DNA from: Selaginella moellendorffii
Lineage: Eukaryota; Plantae; Lycopodiophyta
Length of the DNA: 64,000 nucleotides
NCBI RefSeq assembly: GCF_000143415.4
Contig: NW_003314404.1
Span: forward strand, 186,001-250,000
Direction: 5' to 3'
Shown here one piece after another: positions 1 to 11,672 of this stretch. Position 1 is the stretch's first letter, and each line of letters starts with the position of its first letter. The notes under the pieces are model-generated. The model did not search any database, had not been told where the DNA came from, and saw only the letters and a program-made list of their open reading frames with translations. Both the position numbers and the translations under genes were made by a program.

Positions 1-612
1 TACCATTCTTGACGCTGAAACTGGGCTTAAGCTCTGTCTCACAGGTATCCAAGTTTCCAAAGTTTACCAGTGGAAAAAATTTGATCTTTTCTCTATGACC
101 CGCAGGAGCTATGCAAGACTCGGTCGTGGGCGAGGTAAAGCTTGCTCGCTTCCTCCTTGCGGTGATCAACTCCATGCGCTCCAGCGTCCACTCCGTGTGG
201 AAAGCCGAATTCGAGGCCAAGAGATTCATGAAAGACCCGCTAGACAAGACCAAGAAAACCGACAGAGTAAGCGAAGATCCATCCATTTCCTTCGATCTCT
301 AAACATCTTTGCCCGCAGAAACTGATAAGGCTCGACGATAACTTCGTGCAAGTGAAGGGGATAATCGCGACGGAGCTGCTGAGCTTCGAGGGAGATCTTC
401 GCCGCGAGGACGAGATGCAAAGGCTCGTGGATCATCAGTTCCGAGCGCTGCACGGATTCTACGAGAGCGTCCGGACGAGCCGGAGGATCATCACGGACTT
501 TCGAATCGCGCGGAGGCTTCTAAGTTTGTACCGTGTGGGAAAGCTCGGCCGCTACACCTGGGACGCTGTTCCAACCATGAGCACCGAGCTACTCAAACAT
601 AATCTTAGCTAG
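1..612 (+). CDS. 3' part of DAR GTPase 2 / RbgA-YlqF (MTG1-like) ribosome biogenesis GTPase; partial, spliced
   Basis: Exons read TILDAETGLKLCLT|GAMQDSVVGEVKLARFLL and ...RRLLSLYRVGKLGRYTWD, matching the recalled C-terminus of circularly permuted RbgA/DGP GTPases; GT-AG introns at ~45-105 and ~267-318; stop 610-612. Confidence 0.75.
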
Positions 613-677
613 CACTAAGACAATGACTGTTTAATTACCACTTATAGAGATTGTTGTTATTCTCTCTACCCAGTGAT

Positions 678-685
678 AAACCCTA
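678..685 (+). promoter_or_regulatory. telo-box (AAACCCTA) upstream of PRMT6; similar boxes at ~5522, 15149-15190, 20038-20049, 46709-46745, 51630-51658
   Basis: AAACCCTA/TAGGGTTT motifs recur just upstream of gene starts, a known plant promoter element. Confidence 0.55.
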
Positions 686-711
686 GGGCGAGAGAGGCGA
701 GGAGGAGAGCG

Positions 712-2524
712 ATGGGCAGCAGGAGAATGAGCACGCAGATCTTTCCCGTGCGCCTCTCGGCGGCGCAGCAGGATGCGGCGTATTTCCACTCCTACAATCA
801 CGTCGGCATCCACGAGGAGATGATCAAGGTGAGAGCTTCTCGGGTTTTGGGTTTTGGGAGCTCAATGTGGTATGATAGGATCGCATTCGCACCGAGGCCT
901 ATCGCGATGCCATTTTCGCGCACCAGGAGGCGATCAAAGACAAGGTAGAGCTCGCTCTTTTTCTGTTTGCTCGAATTTTAGCTGTTTTCTTCTCTCTCCC
1001 AGGTTGTGATTGATGTGGGGTGTGGAACTGGTATACTCTCGATTTTCTGCGCTGCTGCTGGAGCGAGAAAGGTAGAATCCGCTACTTTCGGATCGCTCAT
1101 CCTTTTTTCTTTCTTTTTCTTTCACCACAGGTGTATGCAGTGGATGCGAGTGATATCGCTGTCCAGGTACACTTCTTCTTTGTGTTCTTCCCGTGTTTTC
1201 GTGCTGAGAATTGTGTCTTTGGAAACAGGCTCGAGAGGTTGTGAAAGCTAATGGCTTCTCGGATGTTATAACAGTGATAGTAGGAAGAGTGGAGGTCAGT
1301 GATCTCTTGCGATCGATTTCGATTTACTGTGATGTTTCGTTAACGTTTTTTCTCGCCTTCCAGGAGATCCAACTCGAGGAGAAGGCTGACGTGATCATCT
1401 CCGAATGGATGGGCTATATGCTGCTATACGAGGTAGATTTATCGAGTGCATAGGACTCGGTGAAGTAACTATCTGGAATTCTTTGAATCGGCACTTAGGA
1501 CGAGAACGTTCTCCGAACGTGCAGACTATGTTGCCGAGCGTCGTGTGTGCGAGGGATCGCTGGCTGAAGCCCGGAGGCTTGATGCTTCCTTCTTTTGCCA
1601 CTGTAAGTCCCAAAAGATTTCGCTGCGAGAGATTTAACTCTTTCCTTTGGTTTTTTTTTTTTTTTTTAAGCTTTACATGGCTCCCATCACTAACCCCGAC
1701 AGATATGGCGAGAGCATCGATTTCTGGCGCAATGTCTACGGATTTGACAGTAAGATATTGATTTCTTGTTTTTGTAAGTCTAACCACGCGTGTGTTTATC
1801 TCTTTTTTTGGTTTATCCAGTGTCTGCCATCTTGCCTCTTGCGAAGCAATGTGCTTTCGAAGAACCATGCGTGGAAGTGATCACCGCCGAGAATGTAATC
1901 TCATTCCCGATTCTGGTATTGTGATAAGACAAGATTTTTAGTGTCCTTGACATTCTGTAACTCAGGTGAAGCGCATCGATTGTAGCACAGTTACTCTGGA
2001 AGAACTGGAAACAGTAACTACAACTTTCAGTGTCCCTTCTATCATGAGAGGTATTCCTTGGAAACAAAAAAGATGCAAGAATTCTTTGATCATTTTTAAC
2101 ATCTTGCAGCCCATCTACATGGATTTGCTCTCTGGTTTAACGTGTCCTTTGGTGGTGATGCTTCTTGCCTGCCAAAAAGCAAAGCAGCCAGCAATGGGAC
2201 AATCCCACTTGTTCTCTCGACTGCTCCGGAGGATCCTCCCACACACTGGGCTCAGGTGTGTAAGCTCCACGTTAAATTCCATCTCGCTGTTCTACACTTT
2301 CTTGAGCAGACAATCCTCTACGTCTACGAGCCTGTCGAACTTCAGCAAGACAATCTGATCTCGGGAACTTTCACAATGTCGCAGTGCAAGGAAAATCCAC
2401 GCTTTCTGAACGTTCACATAGAGTACAGGTAAGCGTTTGGTCGTTTTCTCTCTGTGACAAGCTTTGTGGTGCCTTTGGCAGCTGCGGAGATCGTCACTTT
2501 GTGAAAGAGTCGGTGATGAGGTAG
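712..2524 (+). CDS. PRMT6: protein arginine N-methyltransferase 6-like, multi-exon
   Basis: YFHSYNHVGIHEEMIKD, VIDVGCGTGILSIF (SAM motif I), DVIISEWMGYMLLYE (double-E loop), PTHW loop, C-terminus FVKESVMR*; short GT-AG introns. Confidence 0.92.
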
Positions 2525-2581
2525 CCTATCGATGGCCACTATCAACTGTTTTTGCGACGTTAATTGTTAGGCCTGTCAGTT

Positions 2582-5504
2582 TTACAAGTTCTCTTCTTCT
2601 GACTCGTCTGGAACATGAAGCTTCTCTATCGCATTCTGCAAACTTCACAGTTAGATGTTGAGATCATTGGAAAAATTTCTACATACCTTGATGAGATTCA
2701 CGTCTGCAGTGGATGGCTTGAGATCCAACGCGACACAAAAGTGATACATGGCACTCTCTGGCTGTCCCAGCCGCTTGTAGACTTTCCCGATCAAGAAGTA
2801 GACGCTGCTCTCGCGAGGCGCGACTTCTTTGAGTTGCTCCAGAACTCCGAGAGCGTCGTTGTATCTCTCCTCGCTCATTAGAACGTTCGCTTTCTGGTAC
2901 TTTGGAAGAGGATTCTTGGGATCAGCCCGTATCGCTTCGCCAAGCAGTTCCAAAGCCTCGTGGCTCCTCTGCGATACAATTGGATTGTGAGTATTCTTGT
3001 CGATACGAGATGCGTTACCTTTAGAGCATGCAGCGCCATTCCCAGGTAGCAGTGGAGCACTGAAGAGCGTTCATTGATTTGCAAGGCACGACGGAAGTGG
3101 TACTCAGCCAACTCATATTTTTCCTGGCGTAGATAGATTGTACCAAGTCCATACCTTTATATGAAGAAGTTAAGGAAACAGAATATCAGATGAAAAAGCT
3201 TACCACGCGTTGTAGTGCCGTCCATCCATACGTATCGCGTTTCTATAGCAAGTAAGGCCTTCTTCGAAGTCCTCCATTGCAACATATCTACAAGAAACAT
3301 ACAATCAAATCGGAGCTTGACAAAACAATCAATTCAACTTACTCGTGTCCACATAGAGTGTACGCGTATGTGAAGTGAGAATCGAGTTGTAAGGCCCGCT
3401 GGAAAAACTTTAGTGCCGTTTCGTGGTCTTTCTGCAAACTAAAGCAGTTTCCAATCACACACCTGCACAATATGATTTTAGTTCACAAAAATAAGGTAGA
3501 ACACTAGAGTTTACCATGCTTGTGGAGACAATCTATCCATGGATACCACTTCCTGTGCCAGATAGCTCAGTTCCACGTCCTTCTTCATGTGCTGGGAGTA
3601 ATAAAACAGACCTGTATGGTCTTATTAATCGACTTTTGCAAGAAATGAACGAGATACAACTCACATAGAGCACGGTTGAGTAGATGTCAGTTCCTTCAAG
3701 CCTGTAGGGTGACACTCTCCGAGCCCAACTGAAAGCACGCTCGGCTTCTGCGTAATCCACCATCTCAAAGTATGCTCTTCCGATCTGTATGTAGCAATGA
3801 ATACTTGGAACACAGTTGGAAAACCGAAAGAAAACTCACTTGGCATAAAACCCACCCAGTCTCATACTGATTTTGTGGGAGCTTCGCAAAAGCTTCTAGT
3901 GCTTCCTGCAATCAAAGCTCTTTCAAATGTAAAAGCGAAAGAATAAAGTTTAATACCTGACTTTCGTACATACAAACATGCTTGAAGCCTTCACCAAGGA
4001 CTTTTAGAAGAGCCAAGAGTTCTGTAGCACCCTCCCCAAGCTTCGAGCCCCGGGACACAAAGCCAACGGAGACACTGCGCCGAAGTTCGTCATCTATCAC
4101 AGGAGAAGACTGCTGACTGCTGGTATTTGACATTTCATCGCTTCCAAGAGTTTCTAAGCTTTCGTAAACCCTTCGGCCTGTAAATACATTATGCTCGGTT
4201 AGTGTCCATGCGCAACATAACACTTACCATCATCAAGAGGACCTTCGGCACTTCCGGAAATAATCTTACGCGAATTAGAAACACGGACGGAGCTATTGCT
4301 GGATACCCGGACGCTCGCAGTTGACGTAGGTGTTGACACGGCTACAGGACTTGGAATTGAGCAAACATTGATTGTGGATGGAGACTCGGCAGAAAGCCTC
4401 AAACTCCGCCTGGGAGGCTCAGTGAATAATCTACCGGACACCTACTTTGAAAGCACATGAATAAAAACAGACCATAAAATGGAAACCAAAAGAAACACCT
4501 TTCGAAGCTTTCCTTCGTCAAGGAACTTTCGTCTCTGAGGATGAACGGGAGCAACAGTACTCTTTGTAGTCACTAACTGGAAAACCGATTCAGAAATGAA
4601 AAATAAAGTCGATGTCAAAACTTAAGGTGCCAAACCTGAGAAACGCTTGGAGAAGGCGTGTTGTATGTATACTGAGACTTGACTTCCCACTGAGATTGTG
4701 ATAGTGGATCTTCCTCAACACCTGGAAAATAAAACGTTGAAAATAACCAGCTCAACTCAGACGGTTCAACAGTACCTAGCAGACACAAATCTTCGTAAGC
4801 TGACCAAAAGAATGGATCCAGAGACAGCGCCTGCGTGTAATGCGCAATAGCAGCTTGTCTGCGGTCCGTAAACCGACAGATAAGTCCTAGCAGATAGTAA
4901 CCGGCTGCTCCATTTGGAACCTTGGAAAAACCACCAAGAAAAAATTAAGCATGAGAGAAAAAACCACAAATGTGGCTCCTGTACCTCGGATGGAGAATCA
5001 CTGGGTTGTAGCGCAGCTTCAGCTTCAGCCATATTACCCATTTCAAAGCAGGCCAGTGCAAATAGATACCGACACTGTGGCGATTTAATGCCTGAAAGGA
5101 AGAACAACACCACGGCACAATGAAAGATTTCAACAAGCAAAAGAAGAACCAAGAACTACGCCCTAGAACTACGAAGAAATCAGAGAAGCCAGTGAACGAA
5201 CCATAGCAAAGAACTACATTTTTCTCTTCTAAAGAGAGAAAAAGGCAAAAACGAACCTTTAAGGAGGTAATATGTGCGGTATGCTTGATTGCTCCGAAAA
5301 TAACAGGTCGCGAGAAGGTGAAGATTTGCCTGCAAGAACAGAAGAAATGGATGAAATCGACGCTGGAGAGATTTCTCGATTTCTCACCTCGGTAGCGCTC
5401 TCCGCGTAGAGGCGCTCGCAGAGGAATGTGGCATTGCGATACATGTAGAGCTTCAAGGACGCATTGATGCTGTCGACGAGGCACGCCTCCATAGCCGAGC
5501 TCAT
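2582..5504 (-). CDS. CDC27: cell division cycle 27 / APC3 TPR subunit of the anaphase-promoting complex, multi-exon
   Basis: N-terminus MEACLVDSINASLKLYMYRNATFLCERL; TPR exons (AEYHFRRALQIN, KNPLPKYQKANVL, APRESSVYFLIGKVYKRLG); last exon NAIEKLHVPDESEEENL*. Confidence 0.92.
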
Positions 5505-5902
5505 CCCCCCTCTCCCTCCAAAAACCCTACTTACGCCCTACGCGAGAATATACCCTCGTCCTTCTATTTATCACAGTAACCCTATTTCTCTCTTCCTTTT
5601 TAGAGAGCCATGATCGTGGAGCCAGCGTGTGGATTCTTCGATGCGATGGACAGGGAATGGGGCTCGCGGCGAGCGATCACTGGAGCAATGCGGTGAGTAC
5701 TCCGCCCTGGGATTCGGCTTCGATCTGTGCTTCTAGCGTCTCTAAGAGCGCTCCCGGGAGGGAGATTGGAAGATTTCTCTCTTGGGAGTGGCACTCGTGT
5801 GTCTCCTTGCTCTAACCCTAGCATTGGGGAGTGTTCTAAGCTTTCTTTCTTTCTTCCTTTGCTTTGTAGGTGATCGTATGAGGAGTCTTCTTCCAACGCG
5901 AG

Positions 5903-7401
5903 ATGCCTTACAGTAGCAAGGAACCGTGTGAGACAATGGCTAGAGTTTCCAAAGCTCCTATTGTTGCATGCTTGACGTGCCCTCTCTGCGGCAATCTCTT
6001 CCGCGAGGCCACGACCATCTCCGAGTGTCTCCATACCTGTAAGTTTTGTATTCGGCTTGGATAGTACTTCTAATTGTTTTCTCGTTTCCTCTTTTTTTGT
6101 GTTCTTCTATCGTAGTTTGCAAGGATTGTATCCACGATCGATTCAGTGACGAAGAGACCAACTCTTGTCCAATGTGCAATGTTGATCTAGGAACAGTGCC
6201 ACTGGAGAAGCTCAGGTAAGAAGTTTGGACCTTGGATACATTTCTTCTCAGTTTAATAGCTTTGCAGGGCCGATCCTCAGCTGGATGATGTGCAAGCGAA
6301 GATTTTTAATCTCAATCCGAAGAAGCGCCCCGCTGCTCACATTGCTGCGTCGCCACCCTCGCACACGCCCGCTCGCAGAAAAGAACGGTCGCTGTCCTCA
6401 CTCGGGGTGACTTCAGTGCCGTCGTCTTCGAGACGCAGGTCGAGAAGGAAAGCTTGGGTGACGGAATCGAGCGAGAGCTACGAGGAAGAGGAGGACGATG
6501 ACGACAACAGCAGCGACGCAGCTGATGAATCTCCGGAGGACACCATGTACTGCTCCGAGACGCTCGACTCGGATACCAAGTCACCCATGAGAAGCGGTTC
6601 GAAAAGGCAAAGGGCTACTCGTGGCAACTCCGTGGGAAACACCGAAGCAAAGCAGTCTGGAGGTAGCTTCTTATCTCCGCTAGCCTGCCTTGCAGAGCTA
6701 GCGCATGCCGACGAGAAGGGCAGGGCCAGCTCGGGGCTCATGAAAGAGGCTAGAGGCAGAGAAGCCTCGTCACTGAGAGCTACGAAGAATGTCCGACGGT
6801 CGTCACAGGCCAAGGCTGCTGCGAATGGTGGTGGTGGTTTCAAGTGCCAGACTTTGCCTTCGCCATCGACTCAAAGCAACGGGCTTTGGTTCACTTTGAC
6901 AACAACTAACCAGTGAGTCACTCTCTTTCTTTTCTGTCCTCGTTTCTGACTTGGAGCTCTGGGATTTACAGAGGCGAGGAGGGCCTTCCACAGATCAAAT
7001 CGCCCTACTTAAGAATCAAGTACCAGCATTCCTCGTCAGTCTCATCTCTGATCGACGGTATTAACAAGTTTTTATGTTGCAGGGATGGAAAAGTTCCAGT
7101 CTCCTTCGTGAAGAAGTACTTGGTCAGGAAGCTGGATTTAAAGAGCGAATCCGAGGTACAGCCACTATTTACGTTTTTGAGCTGCACAGTTTCATTTCGT
7201 TTTTTTTTTTACTTATAGGTGGAGATAACCTGCAAGGGACAGCCAGTAGTCTCAAGCCTGCCCTTGGAGAGCGTTCGAAAGATCTGGCTCACCAAAGACC
7301 AACTCTCGAGCACCTCGGAAGACCGCGCAAGCGCGCTGGGCAAGGACTTCCTCATGGTCCTGTCCTACGGGAGAAACAGGCGAGCAGCAGCCGTGAGCTA
7401 G
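5903..7401 (+). CDS. BMI1/DRIP-type C3HC4 RING + RAWUL E3 ligase (PRC1 component), multi-exon
   Basis: LTCPLCGNLFREATTISECLHTF|CKDCI...CPMCNVDLG RING; C-terminal LPQIKSPYLRIK|DGKVPVSFVKKYLVRKLDLKSESEV|EITCKGQPV RAWUL-like domain. Confidence 0.88.
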
Positions 7402-7813
7402 TGACTGCTCTCAAATGTGTGTTGTACCTCTAACGACATCTGAAAAGGCGTGTTTTTAGTTCATTGGGGGCTGGTCTAAATCACCCATCGCTGGAGTTTC
7501 ACACGACCATGAGAACTGGAAGCTCTTCCTCGCGCAAAGTTGATAATTCACGCGTCATCGCCCTGCTGCGTCCAGATGCGTACGTGCTCGTCGCTTGAAA
7601 TATGCAGCTGCAGTTTCAGGATGATGCATTGCTTATTAATCCGCTTATTTTTTATGCCACTTTCGTATTGGATGAGAACTTGAAAAGCATATATTATCTC
7701 GGGTACCGGCTGAGGATGTAACGCTGTTGTGTTTGGTGTGCTAGCCTTCTATATGATCCACATTTCAGAGCACTACGGGCCAAGGACAACATAAGCTTCT
7801 TTCTCTGGCATAT

Positions 7814-7911
7814 AGGACATTATAATAAACACTGTCTAAAACTCGAAATACAAGCCTGTGCACACAGGACATTATGACAAACACTGTCTAGAACTCGAAA
7901 TACAAGCCTGT
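7814..7911 (+). repeat. two-copy ~46 bp direct repeat (period 52)
   Basis: aggacattataataaacactgtctaaaactcgaaatacaagcctgt / aggacattatgacaaacactgtctagaactcgaaatacaagcctgt. Confidence 0.85.
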
Positions 7912-7990
7912 TATGACAACAGCAACAAAAACAGGTTCTTTCTACAGCCAGTATCTCCTGCTTTGCGATCTTGGTTTGCGATCTTGATTT

Positions 7991-8407
7991 GTGCCAGATG
8001 GTTCAGAGCCACTCTTATCTGCAAGGGGCCTCACAGTGGGGATGAGTGACGAGTTTGTGTATATGCTGGAAATTGGAGGTGAGATTGGAATGCTTCACCT
8101 GATGACGGATCCTGCATCAGTCGTGGTTCTGGATAGGCAGCAAGGTGGTGGTGATTGGATATGGAAGACTGTGTCAACGTTACCTCAAGAAATGGAACCA
8201 GGTATTATTGGGACCATGGAATGCTGGACGCATGGGAAAGATACATTTGTTGCTCTGTCTGTGAAATTTGATTCTGAAACCTTCATGTGGGAGTGGGCTG
8301 AGAAAGGGAGACGCTTTGAATTGGAGAAGATGGTAGTTTTGAAGCCTAATCTCAATGTCCCCAGCTTGGAGCTAAAGGTAACTTGCGCCAGCCGGTGTCT
8401 GGACTGA
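7991..8407 (+). pseudogene. possible relic of a beta-propeller / F-box-associated C-terminal domain
   Basis: 138-codon ORF with WxxVSxLP-type strand pattern and no credible N-terminus; family assignment weak. Confidence 0.25.
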
Positions 8408-9051
8408 ATATTAGAAAGTGTTTAGGAAAATTTATAAATTAACTGTGACTGATATGCTTTTGGCAGCATTGAAGGCATTTAGGAACCGAGGCAAACAGGA
8501 AAAACAAAGATTTGGTGCTTACCATTTGTGTTCCAATCAATTGTCACTTCTCCAATCTCTTGCCACAACTTGCTTTTTGACTTGAGGATCTTTGCAGTAA
8601 CTGTTGAAAGTGGATAACAACCGCAAGAAATTTGCACTTGATATGTAATTTCAGGTTTTAGATACATTTCTGAGGTATGGTTTTCCTGGACTGAATCTAG
8701 GTTCTATACCTAGGTTTGAACATTAATTGCTACGTTATCCCAGTTCTTTTGCAGCGTACCATGCAGTGGTAAGGCGTTTTTATTTGGTAGTAACTTTGAT
8801 AGAGAAAAGAATGCTGTTGGTACCAAACATCTCGATTCATTTAGCTCAAATATGAATCGGAGGTAACTACTACTTACGTTTGAGCCACTTCCTTAGGTTT
8901 GAGCCGCACGGTTCATTTCCACTTCTTTGGTCCTTCTTTTTCTTCATGAGTGACCTTGCAAGGTACCACTGGTGCAGCCGAGCCTGCGACCGAAAGATCT
9001 GGCTCACCAAAGTTCTAACTAGAGGAGGATGAAAAAACAAAAAGAAAGTGA

Positions 9052-9687
9052 TCACAAGCTCTCACCCGACGAGGCATCCTTGAGATCTGCCAGGAAGATA
9101 TCCGTGAGAACAGTGTTCGAAACCAGTGATCTTCTCAGCAGCTCCTGCACCTACAGCAAAAGCACAAACTCAAGCTCATTCGACATCTACGATGGAAAAG
9201 TAAGTACGCGAGCTGGAGTGACGGCAATCTCCACAATGCCAAGGTCGCGGATGTTCTCAAGTTTCATCGTGCGGAGCAGCTCAAGGGTCTTGGTAGTCGA
9301 CGCTGGCGCTGGAAAGATCTCAAGATCATTGGTTACGATGTACTCGACACCTCCCTTCACGAAAGTAGCTTGTGCCGAATCATCCTTCACATAATAACTC
9401 GGTGTTTCTGAATAACGATAGCTGGAATGAGCTATACGATAAGTCGGTGGAATTTGTGGATTCGTGAGCAGCTCCTTGGCCACCACCATGTTGCCGGACT
9501 GGAACTTCTCGACGCTGGAGTAGACATTTGCGATGGCTCCCAGATTGCTGGACCCCGTGAGCTTCAGCATCCGGCCGATTGGCACCAAAAGGAAGCCGAA
9601 GAGATGGTCCACAAACTCCTTGTTAGCTTCTAGGAAGAGAATTGCTTTGGTGGGCTTCTTGTAGAGCAGCCTTACCGGGAGATCCAT
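9052..9687 (-). CDS. DUF674-family protein (copy 1); exon 9687-9208, exon from 9150, possible third exon to 8870
   Basis: LPVRLLYKKPTKAILFLEANKEFVDHLFGFLLVPIG, GAIANVYSSV, FVKGGVEYIVTNDLEI, VQELLRRSLVSNTVLTDIF: typical DUF674 motifs. Confidence 0.8.
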
Positions 9688-9789
9688 TGCAACGAAAAAA
9701 TTGTAAGGCCTTTTCTACCAGCTCTTTAATTAGCATGATTAGTGCTAATTTTATAACCACCTTTTAAAACCAAACCGAGTTAATCAAGC

Positions 9790-10270
9790 TGGCAGGTCTC
9801 GTTGAGCACTTTGACACCATCAATATCTTCACCATCTACGATTCATCAAACAATGACTGAGAGAAAGACTTGCCAGATTGCGAGTGACCGTGATCTCGAT
9901 GCTGCCCAGATCCCCATGTCGTCCTGTTCTTGACGAGCAGCATGATGCTCTTGACGGTATGTCGAGCTCGAGCACTTGTAGACCTTGGTGAGGAAGTTGG
10001 GCATCTCGCTGCTACGCCGGATGGCTAGCATCGCTCCCGGCAAGCCATCGGCGCTGCGGGATTGGTGAGAGCCTCCTTGGCCACCGACAGAAGCTCGAGC
10101 CTGTCGATCACGCTCCCGTGGAGATTGGCGATGGCGCCCAGCTCCTTGTCGTGCTTGCCGGCGGCGCCGCGGACGAGATTCATGACGCTGTCGGGAGAGG
10201 AGGAGGCTGAGGAGCGCATCCACGAACTCCTTGTTGGCCTCGAGGAAGAGGACCGTGCTGGCGGCCTGGC
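9790..10270 (-). pseudogene. DUF674 pseudogene (copy 2), deleted/frameshifted paralog of 14273-15073
   Basis: Blocks similar to the 14.3-15.1 kb gene (MDALLSLLL, ELGAIANLHGSVIDRLE, EMPNFLTKVYKCSSS) are split over different frames with internal deletions. Confidence 0.85.
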
Positions 10271-10762
10271 AAGAGAGAGATGCAAATTCACGAGAAGAAA
10301 GAATGTGGATCAGGGTTTTAAGTAGGAAGAAATATCCTGGATCACCCTGACCTCTTCTAGATCTTATGATCTCATCTATACCAGTCTTTTAGTTTTTGGC
10401 GGTGTTTACTGGTGTTCGGATAAGATAGGAATTTGTCTGCAAGCTCCAAAACCCAACCCGATCAAGCCAAGAAGAAGCAATAATTTCAAGAGCTAAAAGT
10501 AATGTATAATATAGTGGACACGAACGCATGTTGTACCAGAGATCAGGCCAAGTTGTGTTGGAACAAACACAAAATTACTAAAACTTACATGATTCATCCA
10601 CAGAGTGAACAGAAGAACACGGCTAGCCATATTCTTATCAATATTTCTTCTTTTCATGGGTCCAAGTCAAGAGCCGCTCAAACAGTAACAAGAGTCTGTA
10701 CAAAAAACCCCCTGTATATACCGTGTAATTGACTCTACATGTAATCTCATACTTCTCGGCAC

Positions 10763-10769
10763 TATAAAT
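10763..10769 (+). promoter_or_regulatory. TATA box of the Cys/Trp-repeat protein gene
   Basis: cTATAAAT ~120 bp upstream of ATG 10885, followed by a CA/CT-rich leader. Confidence 0.6.
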
Positions 10770-10884
10770 GCCTCCTCGGCCTTCATTGGCATCATCCATC
10801 CCAGAAATCAAAGCTTCTCATAGCAAACTTCTCTCCAAAATCTTTCTCATCTCACTCAACTCAATCAAGAAGAATTCTTCGCTA

Positions 10885-11238
10885 ATGGCAATGGTGGCGA
10901 GCTACTCTTCTCGCGTGGCCTTCATTGGAGTGGTAGTCATGCTCCTCTTAATCGGCGTGGACGTTGGCAATGGCATCGCAAAGGCCCAGGCACAAAGCTG
11001 TCGGTCCGGTTGGCACTGGTCCGGTGGCAGGTGCATCCAATGCCCGACCGGGTGGTACTGGTACAATAGCAGGTGTAACCAGTGCCTGTCCGGGTGGTAC
11101 TGGTACAATGGCAAGTGCAACCAGTGCCTGTCCGGGTGGTACTGGTACAATGGCAAGTGCAACCAGTGCCAGTCCGGTTGGTACTGGTACAGTGGTAGCT
11201 GCCACCAGTGCCCCGGTACTGGCTGCTCCAAGAACTGA
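10885..11238 (+). CDS. small secreted Cys/Trp/Tyr-rich repeat protein (117 aa; signal peptide + 5 x CxxGW[YH]W[YS]xxxCxQ + CPGTGCSKN)
   Basis: Intronless ORF after a TATA box; hydrophobic signal (VAFIGVVVMLLLIGV...IAKA); five in-frame 42-bp repeats; 12 Cys. Confidence 0.85.
   Translation: MAMVASYSSRVAFIGVVVMLLLIGVDVGNGIAKAQAQSCRSGWHWSGGRCIQCPTGWYWYNSRCNQCLSGWYWYNGKCNQCLSGWYWYNGKCNQCQSGWYWYSGSCHQCPGTGCSKN
10999..11208 (+). repeat. 5 x 42-bp coding tandem repeat
   Basis: Units start at 10999, 11041, 11083, 11125, 11167; units 3 and 4 are identical (tgcctgtccgggtggtactggtacaatggcaagtgcaaccag). Confidence 0.95.
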
Positions 11239-11672
11239 GGAAGAAATTTACCATTATTTCACATGGTAAAAAGAGATTATATTGTGTGTGCTGTGTTCTA
11301 CTGGATTTCGTTTTTTTACTGTGTGTCGAAGTAAATAATGCCAAGGTTGTTTGGCAGAGTTTGATATCTTTTGTCTATTTGCTCTTTAAGAAATTTACCT
11401 TGTTTTATCCTTCGCGCTCTAAAGACGTAGACGATATCTTGGTAAATATTTCCAGGGTTTTTCGATGATGCTCGTCGAGGAGCGCCACTGGGAATCCGCA
11501 CGGCGCGGCGCGGCGCGGCGAGCTGGATGCGCCGGATCGAGCGCCAGGGATTGATTCCCGTGAAATGCAGGTCCCGGGAGCTCGATCGGCTAATGCTGCC
11601 GGCAATCCTAGGAGAGGGCGGTGATTTCAAATGCGCTTCGCTCAATCATTCCACTCGAGAATCCTCCCGGCG

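Noticed and set aside
45-105. U12-type intron (GTATCC donor)
   Set aside because: Donor is GTATCCAAG rather than RTATCCTT, and no clear TCCTTAAC branch site is visible
10768-10884. Longer 156-aa start for the repeat protein, and the alternative-frame or antisense repeat ORFs
   Set aside because: ATG 10768 overlaps the TATA box; the other frames are open only because the 42-bp repeat lacks stops, and they have no convincing signal peptide
10999-11208. Repeat protein as a BURP-dependent (burpitide) RiPP precursor
   Set aside because: W/Y-rich repeats are suggestive, but units are contiguous with paired Cys, lack spacer/recognition sequences, and no BURP domain is seen in the window; a disulfide-hairpin repeat is more parsimonious (not fully excluded)
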